The notes beneath the pieces are model-generated. The model saw only the letters and a list, made by a program, of their open reading frames with translations. It searched no databases and was not told the DNA's origin. The position numbers were made by a program, and so were the translations under genes. DNA of 64,000 nt from an uncultured Gammaproteobacteria bacterium (GTDB lineage: Bacteria > Pseudomonadota > Gammaproteobacteria > Steroidobacterales > Steroidobacteraceae), in assembly GCA_963754535.1 (NCBI GenBank), contig CAVWGG010000021.1:19919-83918 (forward strand). Direction: 5' to 3'. Positions 19,794 to 28,796 of this stretch are shown here, in pieces (the stretch's first letter is position 1; each line of letters opens with the position of its first letter).

Positions 19794-21011
19794 ATGCATC
19801 GATACGCGACCTTGCTCATCGCCGCATCGGCCGCGCTCTCCGCGAGCGCCGGGGACGTCGTCGCGCCGCGCCCGGACCCACGACCAGTTGCGCTCGTCGC
19901 CGGCCTCGAAGACGGCCCCCTGAAAAGGGAGCTGGCAGCCTGCATCGACGATCCGGTCCGCCGCACGTCGTTCTCGCTCGGCCATCGCGGCGCGCCGCTG
20001 CACTACCCCGAACACACGCGTGAATCGTACGTTGCGGCGGCCGCAATGGGCGCAGGAATCATCGAGTGCGACGTTACGTTCACCCGCGACAAGCAGCTCG
20101 TCTGCCGGCACGCGCAGGACGACCTGCACACGACGACGGACATCCTGTTGACGCCCCTCGCTGCACGCTGCGTGCAACCTTTTCGTCCGGCGCAGTTCGA
20201 CGCCCAGGGCGCGCTGGTCGTGCCCGCTGCGGCGGGGTGCCGCACGAGCGACATCACGCTCGCCGAATTCCGCACGCTGCGCGGCAAGCGGGACGGGTTT
20301 GACCCACGTGCGCGCAACGTCGAGGAGTACGTGTGGGGTGGCAAGGCGTCTTTCGACGCGCTCGGTCCCAGCACCGGCACGCTGATGTCGCATGCGGACA
20401 GCATCGCGCTGTTCCGGCAGCTGGGCGTGCAGATGGTCCCGGAGTTGAAGCAGCCCGTCGTCGACATGCCCTACGACGGCATGACCCAGCCGCAGTTCGC
20501 GCAACGCCTGATCGACGATTACAAGACGGCGGGCGTGCCGCCGAGCGCGGTGTGGCCGCAATCGTTCAACCTGGCCGACATCCTGTACTGGATCGATCAC
20601 GAACCCGGATTCGGGCGCCAGGCGGTCTATCTCGAGGACGCAGAAAGCGTGCAGCAGCTGCCGGATGCCGCCGAACTCAAACACTTGCATGCGCAAGGCG
20701 TCCGCATCTGGGCGCCGCCGCTGTTTGCCCTGCTGGCGCTCGACGCGCAGGGTGCGATCGTGCCGTCGCCAAGCGCGCGTGACGCGCGGGCTGCCGGGCT
20801 CGAACTCGTTGCTTGGAGCCTCGAGCGCTCCGGCCCGCTCAGTCCCGGCCACAACGGCTGGTATTACCAGACCGTCGACGCCGCCCTGCGCAACGACAGC
20901 GATATGCTGAAAGTGCTCGACGTCCTGGCGCGGCAGGCCGAGGTGCGCGCCGTGTTCAGCGACTGGCCCGGCACCACGACGTTCTACGCCAACTGCACCG
21001 GCCTGAACTGA
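19794..21011 (+). CDS. exported glycerophosphodiester phosphodiesterase (GDPD) family protein
   Basis: 405 aa with a signal peptide. The GHRGAPLHYPEHTRESY...IECDVTFTRD motif set is typical of the GDPD fold. Confidence 0.82.
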   Translation: MHRYATLLIAASAALSASAGDVVAPRPDPRPVALVAGLEDGPLKRELAACIDDPVRRTSFSLGHRGAPLHYPEHTRESYVAAAAMGAGIIECDVTFTRDKQLVCRHAQDDLHTTTDILLTPLAARCVQPFRPAQFDAQGALVVPAAAGCRTSDITLAEFRTLRGKRDGFDPRARNVEEYVWGGKASFDALGPSTGTLMSHADSIALFRQLGVQMVPELKQPVVDMPYDGMTQPQFAQRLIDDYKTAGVPPSAVWPQSFNLADILYWIDHEPGFGRQAVYLEDAESVQQLPDAAELKHLHAQGVRIWAPPLFALLALDAQGAIVPSPSARDARAAGLELVAWSLERSGPLSPGHNGWYYQTVDAALRNDSDMLKVLDVLARQAEVRAVFSDWPGTTTFYANCTGLN

Positions 21012-21015
21012 ACTC

Positions 21016-21051
21016 AGCGGGGCTCGCGGCCGGACTGACCGCGGCCCCGCT
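21016..21051 (+). terminator. GC-rich stem-loop after the GDPD gene (possible intrinsic terminator; no U-tract)
   Basis: AGCGGGGCtCGCGGccggactgaCCGCGGCCCCGCT forms 13 bp of pairing with one bulge, starting 5 nt after the stop codon. Confidence 0.35.
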
Positions 21052-21121
21052 AGAATGACCCGCCGGCCGGTGCGACGCATGTCCGCCGGCCTGCGCTTCC
21101 CCGAGCAACGCGAGAGCCGCC

Positions 21122-21613
21122 TTGAAAACCCTGCTGATCGTTTACCACTCGATGACCGGCGGCACGCGGCAGATGGCCGACGCCGCGGTACGAGGCGCGA
21201 ACGCAGAGCCTGCCGTGCACACAGTGCTGCTCCGCGCGCAGGACGCGCAACCCGCAGACGTGCTCCGCGCCGACGGCTACCTCTTCGCGACGCCCGAAAA
21301 CCTGGCCGCGATGAGCGGCCTGATGAAGGATTTCTTCGACCGCTCGTATTACGCGGCGCTCGACCAGGTCAATGGCAGGCCCTACGCCGCGATGGTCTGC
21401 GCGGGCAGTGACGGCCAGGGCGCGATCCGCCAATTGGAACGCATCGCGCTCGGGTGGCGGCTCAAGCCGGTCGCGCCGCCGGTGCTCGTCATTACGCATG
21501 CGCAATCCCCAACGGAGATCCTCCGGCCCAAGACCATCGGACCCGTGGACCAACAGCGTTGCGAGGAACTCGGCGGCACGCTGGCGGCCGGGATGGCCAT
21601 GGGCTTGTTTTGA
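21122..21613 (+). CDS. flavodoxin-like fold protein (NAD(P)H-dependent FMN reductase-like)
   Basis: 163 aa with a TTG start. The N-terminus MKTLLIVYHSMTGGTRQMA is typical of the flavodoxin/WrbA-like family. Confidence 0.75.
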   Translation: MKTLLIVYHSMTGGTRQMADAAVRGANAEPAVHTVLLRAQDAQPADVLRADGYLFATPENLAAMSGLMKDFFDRSYYAALDQVNGRPYAAMVCAGSDGQGAIRQLERIALGWRLKPVAPPVLVITHAQSPTEILRPKTIGPVDQQRCEELGGTLAAGMAMGLF

Positions 21614-21629
21614 CTCGCGAACTGACTCG

Positions 21630-22181
21630 ATGAATTTCACCTACCGCTTCATCAAGAGCGTCGACGCCGTGAACGATTGGATCGGCCGCACCGTCGCGTG
21701 GCTGACGCTCGGATGCGTGCTCACGTGTTTTGCCGTCGTCGTGCTGCGCTACGCGTTCAACTTCGGCTTCCCATGGATGCAGGAACTCTACGTCTGGCAG
21801 CACGCCGCGGTCTTCATGGCAGGCGCCGGCTACACGATGCTGCACCGCGGGCACGTCAACGTCGACGTCATGTACGGCAGGCTCGGCGACCGGGGCAAGG
21901 CGTGGATCGACATCCTCGGCACCCTCTTCTTCCTGTTTCCCTGGCTCGCGATCCTGGCCGTCACGTCGGCGCCGTTCGTGCTGTCCTCCTGGGGCATCCG
22001 CGAATCCTCGGCCACGGCGGACGGAATGCCCGGGCTGTACCTGCTGAAGTCGCTGTTGTGGGTGCTGTGCGCGTTGCTGTTCGTGCAGGGGCTCGCGCTG
22101 ATCGCGCGGCGCTCGCTGTATCTCGCCGGCCACGCAATCGCCGATCACGACGAAGACAAGGTGACCGATGAGCGCCTTTAA
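21630..22181 (+). CDS. TRAP transporter small permease subunit (FcbT2/DctQ-like)
   Basis: Track ORF 21372..22181, trimmed to the ATG at 21630 (MNFTYRFIKSVDAVNDWIGRTVAWLTLG...). Four TM segments, directly upstream of the large subunit. Confidence 0.85.
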   Translation: MNFTYRFIKSVDAVNDWIGRTVAWLTLGCVLTCFAVVVLRYAFNFGFPWMQELYVWQHAAVFMAGAGYTMLHRGHVNVDVMYGRLGDRGKAWIDILGTLFFLFPWLAILAVTSAPFVLSSWGIRESSATADGMPGLYLLKSLLWVLCALLFVQGLALIARRSLYLAGHAIADHDEDKVTDERL

Positions 22182-22205
22182 GCGACGCATCGGCGGGGAC
22201 GCGCG

Positions 22206-23795
22206 ATGAACAGCGTGCTGATCGGGGAAGCGCTCTCCATCGCGATGTTCGCCGCCACAATCGGCGCCGTGCTGCTCGGTTATCCCGTGGCCTTCACGCT
22301 CGCCGGCGTCGGGCTGGCTTTCGCGACGCTCGGGATCGTGCTCGGCGTGTTCGACGTCGCGATTCTCTCCGCCCTGGTCGGACGCTACTTCGGCACGATG
22401 ACCAACGAGACGCTGGTGGCCGTGCCGCTTTTCGTCTTCATGGGCGTGATGCTCGAACGCTCGAAGATCGCCGAAGCGTTGCTCACCACCATGGGCGAAC
22501 TGTTCGGATCATTGCGCGGCGGCCTCGGGTATTCCGTGGTGATCGTCGGCGCGCTGCTCGCGGCCTCGACGGGCATCGTCGGCGCGACCGTCGTCACGAT
22601 GGGACTGCTGTCGCTGCCCGCGATGATGCGCGCGGGTTACGACCCCAAGCTCGCCGCCGGCACGATCTGCGCGGCGGGCACGCTGGGCCAGATCATTCCA
22701 CCGTCGACCGTGCTGATCTTCGTCGGCGACATCCTGCAGGGAGCCAATCAGCAGGCACAGCTCGAACTCGGCAACCTGTCGCCGGACCCGATATCGGTCG
22801 GGCAGCTGTTTGCCGGCGCCATGCTGCCGGGCCTGGTCCTGGTGGGGCTGTACCTGCTGTGGATCCTGGCGAAATCGATCTTCGATCCGCAGTCGTGCCC
22901 ACCGCTCGCGATGAACGACGTCCAGCGCGCCGGCCTCGCCGGCCGCGTGCTGAAGGCATTGGCCCCGCCGCTGCTGCTGATCCTGTCCGTGCTCGGCTCC
23001 ATCCTGGCGGGCATCGCGACACCGACGGAGTCGGCTTCCGTCGGCGCGGTCGGCGCGATGGCGCTCTCCGCGGCCAACCGCAGCTTCAGCCTGCCGATCC
23101 TGCGCGAGGTGATGCGGACGACGCTTTCTATCAGCTCGATGGTGTTCGTGATCCTGCTCGGCGCAAGCGTGTTCAGCCTCGTGTTCCGCGGACTCGGTGG
23201 CGAGAACCTGGTGCACGCGGCGCTGTCGTCACTGCCAGGCGGCACCTTCACCGCCGTGCTCGCCGTGATGCTGGTCATCTTCTTCCTGGGCTTCTTCCTC
23301 GACACGTTCGAGATCATCTTCGTCGTCGTGCCGATCGCGGCGCCGGCGCTGATCAAGATGGGTGTCGATCCGGTCTGGCTCGGCGTGATGATCGGCGTGA
23401 ACCTGCAGACGAGCTTCCTGACGCCGCCTTTTGGCTTCGCGCTGTTCTACCTGCGCGGCGTGGCCGGGAAGATGCTCACGACGCTCGACATCTACAAGGG
23501 CGCCCTGCCTTTCGTCGTGCTGCAGGTCATCGGCCTCAGCCTGCTCTGGGCGATGCCGGCTCTCGCGACCTACCTGCCGGACCGCTTGTTCGCGGACGCA
23601 GCACCGTTGCAGGAAGACACGCGCGGCCCGAGCGCTCCGACGACACCGGCAGGCTCGCCGGTCGCGGACGATTTCGGCGAACTGTTCGATGAGCCCGCGC
23701 GGGTTCAGCCTCGCCCCTACCAGGACGACCTGCAGGATCTGTTTCCGCCGGATGACGGCGACGCCAGCAAACAGGGCACGCCCGAAGGCCGCTGA
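22206..23795 (+). CDS. TRAP transporter large permease subunit (FcbT3/DctM-like) with an acidic C-terminal tail
   Basis: 529 aa, polytopic, with typical DctM-family segments (GTLGQIIPPS, FLTPPFGFALFYLRG). The last ~75 aa are a Pro/Asp/Glu-rich non-membrane tail. Confidence 0.9.
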   Translation: MNSVLIGEALSIAMFAATIGAVLLGYPVAFTLAGVGLAFATLGIVLGVFDVAILSALVGRYFGTMTNETLVAVPLFVFMGVMLERSKIAEALLTTMGELFGSLRGGLGYSVVIVGALLAASTGIVGATVVTMGLLSLPAMMRAGYDPKLAAGTICAAGTLGQIIPPSTVLIFVGDILQGANQQAQLELGNLSPDPISVGQLFAGAMLPGLVLVGLYLLWILAKSIFDPQSCPPLAMNDVQRAGLAGRVLKALAPPLLLILSVLGSILAGIATPTESASVGAVGAMALSAANRSFSLPILREVMRTTLSISSMVFVILLGASVFSLVFRGLGGENLVHAALSSLPGGTFTAVLAVMLVIFFLGFFLDTFEIIFVVVPIAAPALIKMGVDPVWLGVMIGVNLQTSFLTPPFGFALFYLRGVAGKMLTTLDIYKGALPFVVLQVIGLSLLWAMPALATYLPDRLFADAAPLQEDTRGPSAPTTPAGSPVADDFGELFDEPARVQPRPYQDDLQDLFPPDDGDASKQGTPEGR

Positions 23796-23844
23796 ACAGG
23801 CGCCACACGCCGTTCAGCGGCGGACTATCGCCGTCGCCCCGGCG

Positions 23845-24945
23845 CTATTTCAGCCTGAATTCGAACGGCAGCCGCCGCGCGTTGACGAACGCCTGCTCGC
23901 CGACCCGCGTCCACGGCACGACGTCCTGCCGGAACGCCAGGAAGTCCTCGATGATGCGACGGACGATGCGGTTTGGCGAAGTATCGCCAGCATGGATCTC
24001 GTTCAGCACTTCGTTCGACTTTTCACCGCACGCAGTCAGGACGTCCTCCGGCAGGCTGCGCACGATCACGCCGTGCTTCTTCACGAGCGTGCGCAGCGCC
24101 GGGCCGGATTGCGCGGTGTACTCGGCGTACATGTCGGTCGTCGCGGCATCGGCGGCCGTCCGCACGATCGCCTGCAGTTCGGGCGTGAGCGAGCGCCATG
24201 CCTGCTCGTTGACGGTGAGCTGCAGCGCGGGCCCCGACTCGTGGTAGCCGGGCGAATAGTAGTAACGGCAGACCTGGTAGAAGCCGAGCGCGAGGTCGTT
24301 GTACGGGCCGACCCATTCGGCGCCGTCGATCGCGCCAGACTGCAACGCGGGGAATATCTCGCCGCCCGGGAGCGAGACGGGAGTTACGCCGAGCTTCTGC
24401 AGCACGCGCCCCTGGTTGCCCGGAGTCCGGAACTTGAGCCCCTGCAGGTCGGCGAGCGAGCGGATTTCACGGCGGAACCAGCCGAACATCTGCGTGCCCG
24501 TGCTGCCCGCCTGGAAACCGCGGATGCCGAATGGCGCGTACAACTCGTCCCAGAGCTTCTGCCCGTTGCCGTGCTTGATCCACGCGGCCATCTCGCCCAT
24601 GGTGAAGCCGAACGGAAACGCCGTGAAGAACGCGCAACCTTCAGACTTGCCCGTGTGGTAATAGGCCGCGTCGTGCCCCATCTGCGCGGTGCCGTTCGCG
24701 ACCGCGCCGAAGCATTCGAGCGCGGGCACGAGTTCGCCGGCCGCATACACCTTGATCGTCAGGCGACCGCCGCTCATCGCGGTGATGTTCGCCGCGAGCC
24801 GTTCGGCGCCCGTGCCGAGTCCGGGCAAGCCCCTGGGCCAGCTGGTGACCATGCGCCATTCCAGCAATCCCCTGGAGATGGCCGGCGCGGCAAATGCGGC
24901 GCCTCCGCCAAGCACGGCAGCCTTGAGTAACGACCTGCGTTTCAC
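23845..24945 (-). CDS. TRAP transporter substrate-binding protein (FcbT1/DctP-like), Tat-type signal peptide
   Basis: Track ORF 23845..25212, trimmed to the GTG at 24945, which is preceded by GGAG (VKRRSLLKAAVLGGGAAFAAPAIS). Mature part: WRMVTSWPRGLPGLGTGAERLA.... Convergent with the permease genes. Confidence 0.88.
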   Translation of the reverse strand: MKRRSLLKAAVLGGGAAFAAPAISRGLLEWRMVTSWPRGLPGLGTGAERLAANITAMSGGRLTIKVYAAGELVPALECFGAVANGTAQMGHDAAYYHTGKSEGCAFFTAFPFGFTMGEMAAWIKHGNGQKLWDELYAPFGIRGFQAGSTGTQMFGWFRREIRSLADLQGLKFRTPGNQGRVLQKLGVTPVSLPGGEIFPALQSGAIDGAEWVGPYNDLALGFYQVCRYYYSPGYHESGPALQLTVNEQAWRSLTPELQAIVRTAADAATTDMYAEYTAQSGPALRTLVKKHGVIVRSLPEDVLTACGEKSNEVLNEIHAGDTSPNRIVRRIIEDFLAFRQDVVPWTRVGEQAFVNARRLPFEFRLK

Positions 24946-25099
24946 GCGCGATTCTCCACTGGACCCTTGCTCCCGACGGCCGCCATACGATAGCAGCACG
25001 CGTGCAGCGACGTACCGCGCCTGACCGCGAATCACTTGACACAGCTGACCCGCCATAGGACGGTGCGCGCCACTGTCGACATCCCCGGGGCCTTCCAAC

Positions 25100-26446
25100 T
25101 TGCACGCATCAAGCCACGAACTGAGCCGGACGCTGCTGCCGCGCCACATCACGATGATCACGATCGGCGGCGTCATCGGCGCCGGCCTGTTCGTCGGCAG
25201 CAGTGCCGCCATCGCGGCGGCCGGCCCTGCGGCACTGATTTCCTACATCCTGGCGGGCACGATCGTCTTCATCGTGATGCGCATGCTCGGCGAGATGGCC
25301 ATCACCCACCCGCAAGTGCGGACGTTCACCGAGTTCTCGCGTGCCGGCCTCGGCGACGCCGCCGGCTTCATCGCCGGGTGGCTCTACTGGTATTTCTGGA
25401 TCGTCGTGGTGCCGATCGAGGCGATCGCAGGCGCACAGATCCTGCAGCAGTGGATCAACCTGCCGATGTGGCAGCTCGGCCTTGCACTCATGGTGGTAAT
25501 GACGGCCGTGAACCTGCTCTCGGCGCGCTCGTACGGCGAATTCGAATTCTGGTTCTCGTCGATCAAGGTCGCGGCGATAGTCGCCTTCATTCTCGTCACG
25601 GGCGCGTTCGCCTTCGGCCTCACTTCGCCCGAGGGTGCGACCTTCGCGAACCTGACGGACCATGGCGGCTTCGCTCCCAAGGGCTGGATACCGGTGATCG
25701 CGACCGTGACGACGGTGTTCTTCTCGCTCGTCGGCGCAGAGATCACGACTGTGGCAGCGGCCGAATCAAAGGATCCCGAGAAGGCCGTCGTGCGCATGGC
25801 CACCACGATCACGTGGCGCATCCTGCTGTTCTACGTCGTGTCGCTGGGACTGATCGTCTGCGTCGTCGCCTGGCCGATGATCAAGCCGGGCGAATCGCCG
25901 TTCACGCTGGCGCTCAACGTCATGGGGTTCAAGTGGGGCAGCGCGGTGATGAGCTTCATCATCCTGACGGCCGTGCTCTCGTGCCTCAATTCCGCCGTTT
26001 ACGTCTGCTCGCGCGTGCTGCACGTGATGGCGGACCGTGGCGACGCGCCGCGCTGGCTGGCCGAGGTGAATTCGCACCGCGTGCCCGCCCGCTCGATCCT
26101 GCTGGGCTCGGTGGTCGGCGTGATCGGCGTAGTCATCGCGATCGTCTCGCCGAACCGGGTCTTCGCGTTCCTGATCAGCACCACGGGCACCGTGATCCTG
26201 TTCGTGTACCTGATGACCGCCTTCGCGCACGTCCGGCTGCGCCGCCGGCATCCGGAAACCGAAACCAAGGCAGTGCGCGTCTGGCTGTTCCCCTGGCTCA
26301 GCTACGTGACCATAGGCGCCATGTTCGCGGTGCTGATCGCGATGGCGGTGACGCCGGAGCTCGCGAGCCAGTTCTACTTCAGCCTGCTGACGCTCGCGGT
26401 CGTGGTGGGCTCGTATTACGCGTTCCGCAAGCCGCGGGGCGGTTGA
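25100..26446 (+). CDS. APC-superfamily amino acid permease (AAT family, GabP/AroP/ProY-like)
   Basis: 448 aa with a TTG start. LPRHITMITIGGVIGAGLFVGS signature and about 12 TM segments. Confidence 0.9.
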   Translation: MHASSHELSRTLLPRHITMITIGGVIGAGLFVGSSAAIAAAGPAALISYILAGTIVFIVMRMLGEMAITHPQVRTFTEFSRAGLGDAAGFIAGWLYWYFWIVVVPIEAIAGAQILQQWINLPMWQLGLALMVVMTAVNLLSARSYGEFEFWFSSIKVAAIVAFILVTGAFAFGLTSPEGATFANLTDHGGFAPKGWIPVIATVTTVFFSLVGAEITTVAAAESKDPEKAVVRMATTITWRILLFYVVSLGLIVCVVAWPMIKPGESPFTLALNVMGFKWGSAVMSFIILTAVLSCLNSAVYVCSRVLHVMADRGDAPRWLAEVNSHRVPARSILLGSVVGVIGVVIAIVSPNRVFAFLISTTGTVILFVYLMTAFAHVRLRRRHPETETKAVRVWLFPWLSYVTIGAMFAVLIAMAVTPELASQFYFSLLTLAVVVGSYYAFRKPRGG

Positions 26447-26457
26447 ACCGAGACTGA

Positions 26458-26487
26458 CGAGGGCCATGGCCCGAACGCCATGGCCCT
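26458..26487. terminator. perfect 12-bp inverted repeat between convergent genes (likely bidirectional terminator hairpin)
   Basis: GAGGGCCATGGC-ccgaac-GCCATGGCCCTC lies between the stop at 26446 (+) and the stop at 26508 (-). Confidence 0.5.
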
Positions 26488-26507
26488 CGCCGTCGTGCAC
26501 GACCGGG

Positions 26508-26981
26508 CTAGCCGCCGTTCTGGCCCGTCACCGACTTCGTGCAGCTCCTGGCATCCTTGTCGCAAGCGACGTTCACCGTGCGTGAGTTCACCTGCCCGCC
26601 CGGCAGCGTGCGCATCACGTCCTTGGCATAGCCTGTCTCGGTGCGCTGCGCGTCGCTCGAGTATGTGGTCGTCCGCCCGTTGAAGCCCGTAGTGGTCGCA
26701 TCTACAGACCGGGTACCGGCCGCGCGATCGTTGACCACCGTCGTATCACGCGTCGCGGTCTTGCCGTCGTTGCGCGTGGCGGTCGTGCTGCGGGTATGGC
26801 CATTGGCGGTGCGCTGGCCGGCCGTTGAACGCGACCAGCTGCCGCTGGCACCCTGCGCTCCGTGGGCTTTGTGCTTGCCGCCGTTGTCAGCCCGGGCTTC
26901 TGCCACCATGGCACCGGCAAAGACCAGCGTCGCGCTCACGGTTGCGACAGCGGCCAATCGGGTCAATTTCACATAAAACAT
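26508..26981 (-). CDS. secreted hypothetical protein, Thr/Arg/Asn/Gly-rich
   Basis: 157 aa with a clear signal peptide (MFYVKLTRLAAVATVSATLVFAGAMVAEA). Low-complexity mature part with a C-terminal Cys pair (VACDKDARSC). No family recognised. Confidence 0.6.
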   Translation of the reverse strand: MFYVKLTRLAAVATVSATLVFAGAMVAEARADNGGKHKAHGAQGASGSWSRSTAGQRTANGHTRSTTATRNDGKTATRDTTVVNDRAAGTRSVDATTTGFNGRTTTYSSDAQRTETGYAKDVMRTLPGGQVNSRTVNVACDKDARSCTKSVTGQNGG

Positions 26982-27102
26982 CGGGTCGTTCCTTGCTGCG
27001 TGAGAGGGATGAAGTGCGTACTTCCCTCAGAACGCGACACGGACCGCTGCGTTGACAAGGCCTCGCGCAATGCAAGGCCGTGCCACCGCTGGCGACGCGC
27101 CT

Positions 27103-27885
27103 TCAGCCCTCTCCTGCGCGCAGGGATTCGCCGTTACCGCGCGCAGTCAGGTGCCAAAGGATGCCGAGCACCGCCATCGCCCAGACGATCACCGGGCTCG
27201 ACGGCAGGTCCGTAAACAGCGAGACGGCAAGGCCCACGACATAACTCGCAAATGCGACCGCATAACCCAGCACCAGCTGCCGGTTGCGCGCATGACGGTA
27301 CGTCGCGAGCGCGGGCACGATCAGCGTGGTGAACACGAGATAGACGCCGACGAGTTGCACGGACAGCGTGACCATCACCGCGAACAGCACGTAGAAGCCG
27401 ATCGTGCCGATGCGGCTGCGCCAGCGGAACCAGACGACCAGGAACACGGCGGTGAGCACCGCAGCGCGCACCAGCTGCTCCGTCGAGACCCAGAGAATCT
27501 GCCCGGCCAGCAGGTCCTTCAGTTCCTCGCCACCGTGCGGGTTGTTGGCGAGCAGCAGGATCTGCGCCGTCGAGGCGAGCACGAACAACACACCGATCAA
27601 AGCCTCCTGCACCTCGGGACGCTTGCGCTCGGTCCACGTGAGCAGCAAGGCGCCCAACAGCGCCGCGACTACCGCGGCCCCCTGCGTCGTCCAACCCTGC
27701 AACTCCATGCCGAACGAGTGTGCGGCGATCACGCCGAGACCCGCGACTTGCGCGATCGCCAGGTCGATGAAGACGATGCCGCGCCTGAGCACCTGCTGCC
27801 CGAGCGGCACGTGCGACAGCACGACGAGGATGCCGGCCACGAGGGCCGGCCACAGGATGCTGATGTCACCGGCGAGATCGTTCAT
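27103..27885 (-). CDS. metal ABC transporter permease (ABC-3 / ZnuB-like)
   Basis: 260 aa and polytopic. GIVFIDLAIAQVAGLG is typical of the ZnuB/MntB/TroCD family. 4-nt overlap with the upstream binding-protein gene. Confidence 0.88.
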   Translation of the reverse strand: MNDLAGDISILWPALVAGILVVLSHVPLGQQVLRRGIVFIDLAIAQVAGLGVIAAHSFGMELQGWTTQGAAVVAALLGALLLTWTERKRPEVQEALIGVLFVLASTAQILLLANNPHGGEELKDLLAGQILWVSTEQLVRAAVLTAVFLVVWFRWRSRIGTIGFYVLFAVMVTLSVQLVGVYLVFTTLIVPALATYRHARNRQLVLGYAVAFASYVVGLAVSLFTDLPSSPVIVWAMAVLGILWHLTARGNGESLRAGEG

Positions 27886-28787
27886 TTGGCGCCTGCCTGC
27901 AGGCGGCGGAGCGTGTCGTCGAACAGGCCGAAGAGGTCCTTCGCCTCCGGTGTGCCCCCCACGGAGAACGGCAGCAGCACGACTGGCGCCTGCACGCGTT
28001 GCGCCAGCCAGTCGGAAGCCTTCGGATCGTTGTAGGCGTTGCGCAGGATCATCTTCGGCGGCGTGGCGCCGAGCCTGGACACGATACCCGCGAGATACCC
28101 CGCGCTCGGCGGCACGCCGGGCTTGGGTTCGATCGCCGCGAGCTCATTCATGCCGAGCCAGTGGATCAGGTAGGTCTGGTCCTTGTGGATGACGACCACC
28201 GGAACGTCCTTGAGCGTCGCGGCCTGCGCCGTCCAGCGCGTCATGGCCTGTTGCCACCGCGCCTGGAAGTCCGCGCCTCGCTGCCGGTAGTACGCGGCGT
28301 TGGGCGCGTCGATCTGCGCAAGCCGCGCCGACAGCGCCTTCGCAGCCGCCGCGATGTTGCGCGGATCGAGCTGCACGTGCGGGTTGCCGAGCGGGTGCAC
28401 GTCGCCCATCGAGCGATCGACTGCCGTCGGAATGTCGAGCAACCGCAAGGCGGAGGCGACCTCGAAATACCCGGGTGCGCCGGGCTGGATCTTCGCATTG
28501 CTGGATTCCTGCAGCAGCACCGGCAACCAGCCGATTTCGAGTTCAGCACCCGTCGCGACGACGAGGTCGGCCGAACGGGCCCGGGCCACGAGGCTCGGCT
28601 TGGCGTCGACGCGGTGCACGTCCTGCAACGGGCTCGTGGCCGTGTAGACGTTCACCTTGTCGCCGCCGAGTTCCGTCACCAGCGAGCCCCAGTCGGACGT
28701 CGTGGCCAGCACCTTGATGGCTGCGTTCGCCGGCAGCGCGGCGCTCAGCGCGCAGGCGCAACACAGGGCACGGATAAATGTGTTCAT
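27882..28787 (-). CDS. metal ABC transporter periplasmic substrate-binding protein (ZnuA/TroA-like, cluster A-I)
   Basis: 301 aa with a signal peptide. GDVHPLGNPHVQLDP metal-ligand region. No His-rich loop seen. Confidence 0.85.
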   Translation of the reverse strand: MNTFIRALCCACALSAALPANAAIKVLATTSDWGSLVTELGGDKVNVYTATSPLQDVHRVDAKPSLVARARSADLVVATGAELEIGWLPVLLQESSNAKIQPGAPGYFEVASALRLLDIPTAVDRSMGDVHPLGNPHVQLDPRNIAAAAKALSARLAQIDAPNAAYYRQRGADFQARWQQAMTRWTAQAATLKDVPVVVIHKDQTYLIHWLGMNELAAIEPKPGVPPSAGYLAGIVSRLGATPPKMILRNAYNDPKASDWLAQRVQAPVVLLPFSVGGTPEAKDLFGLFDDTLRRLQAGAK

Positions 28788-28796
28788 GGCGATCTC

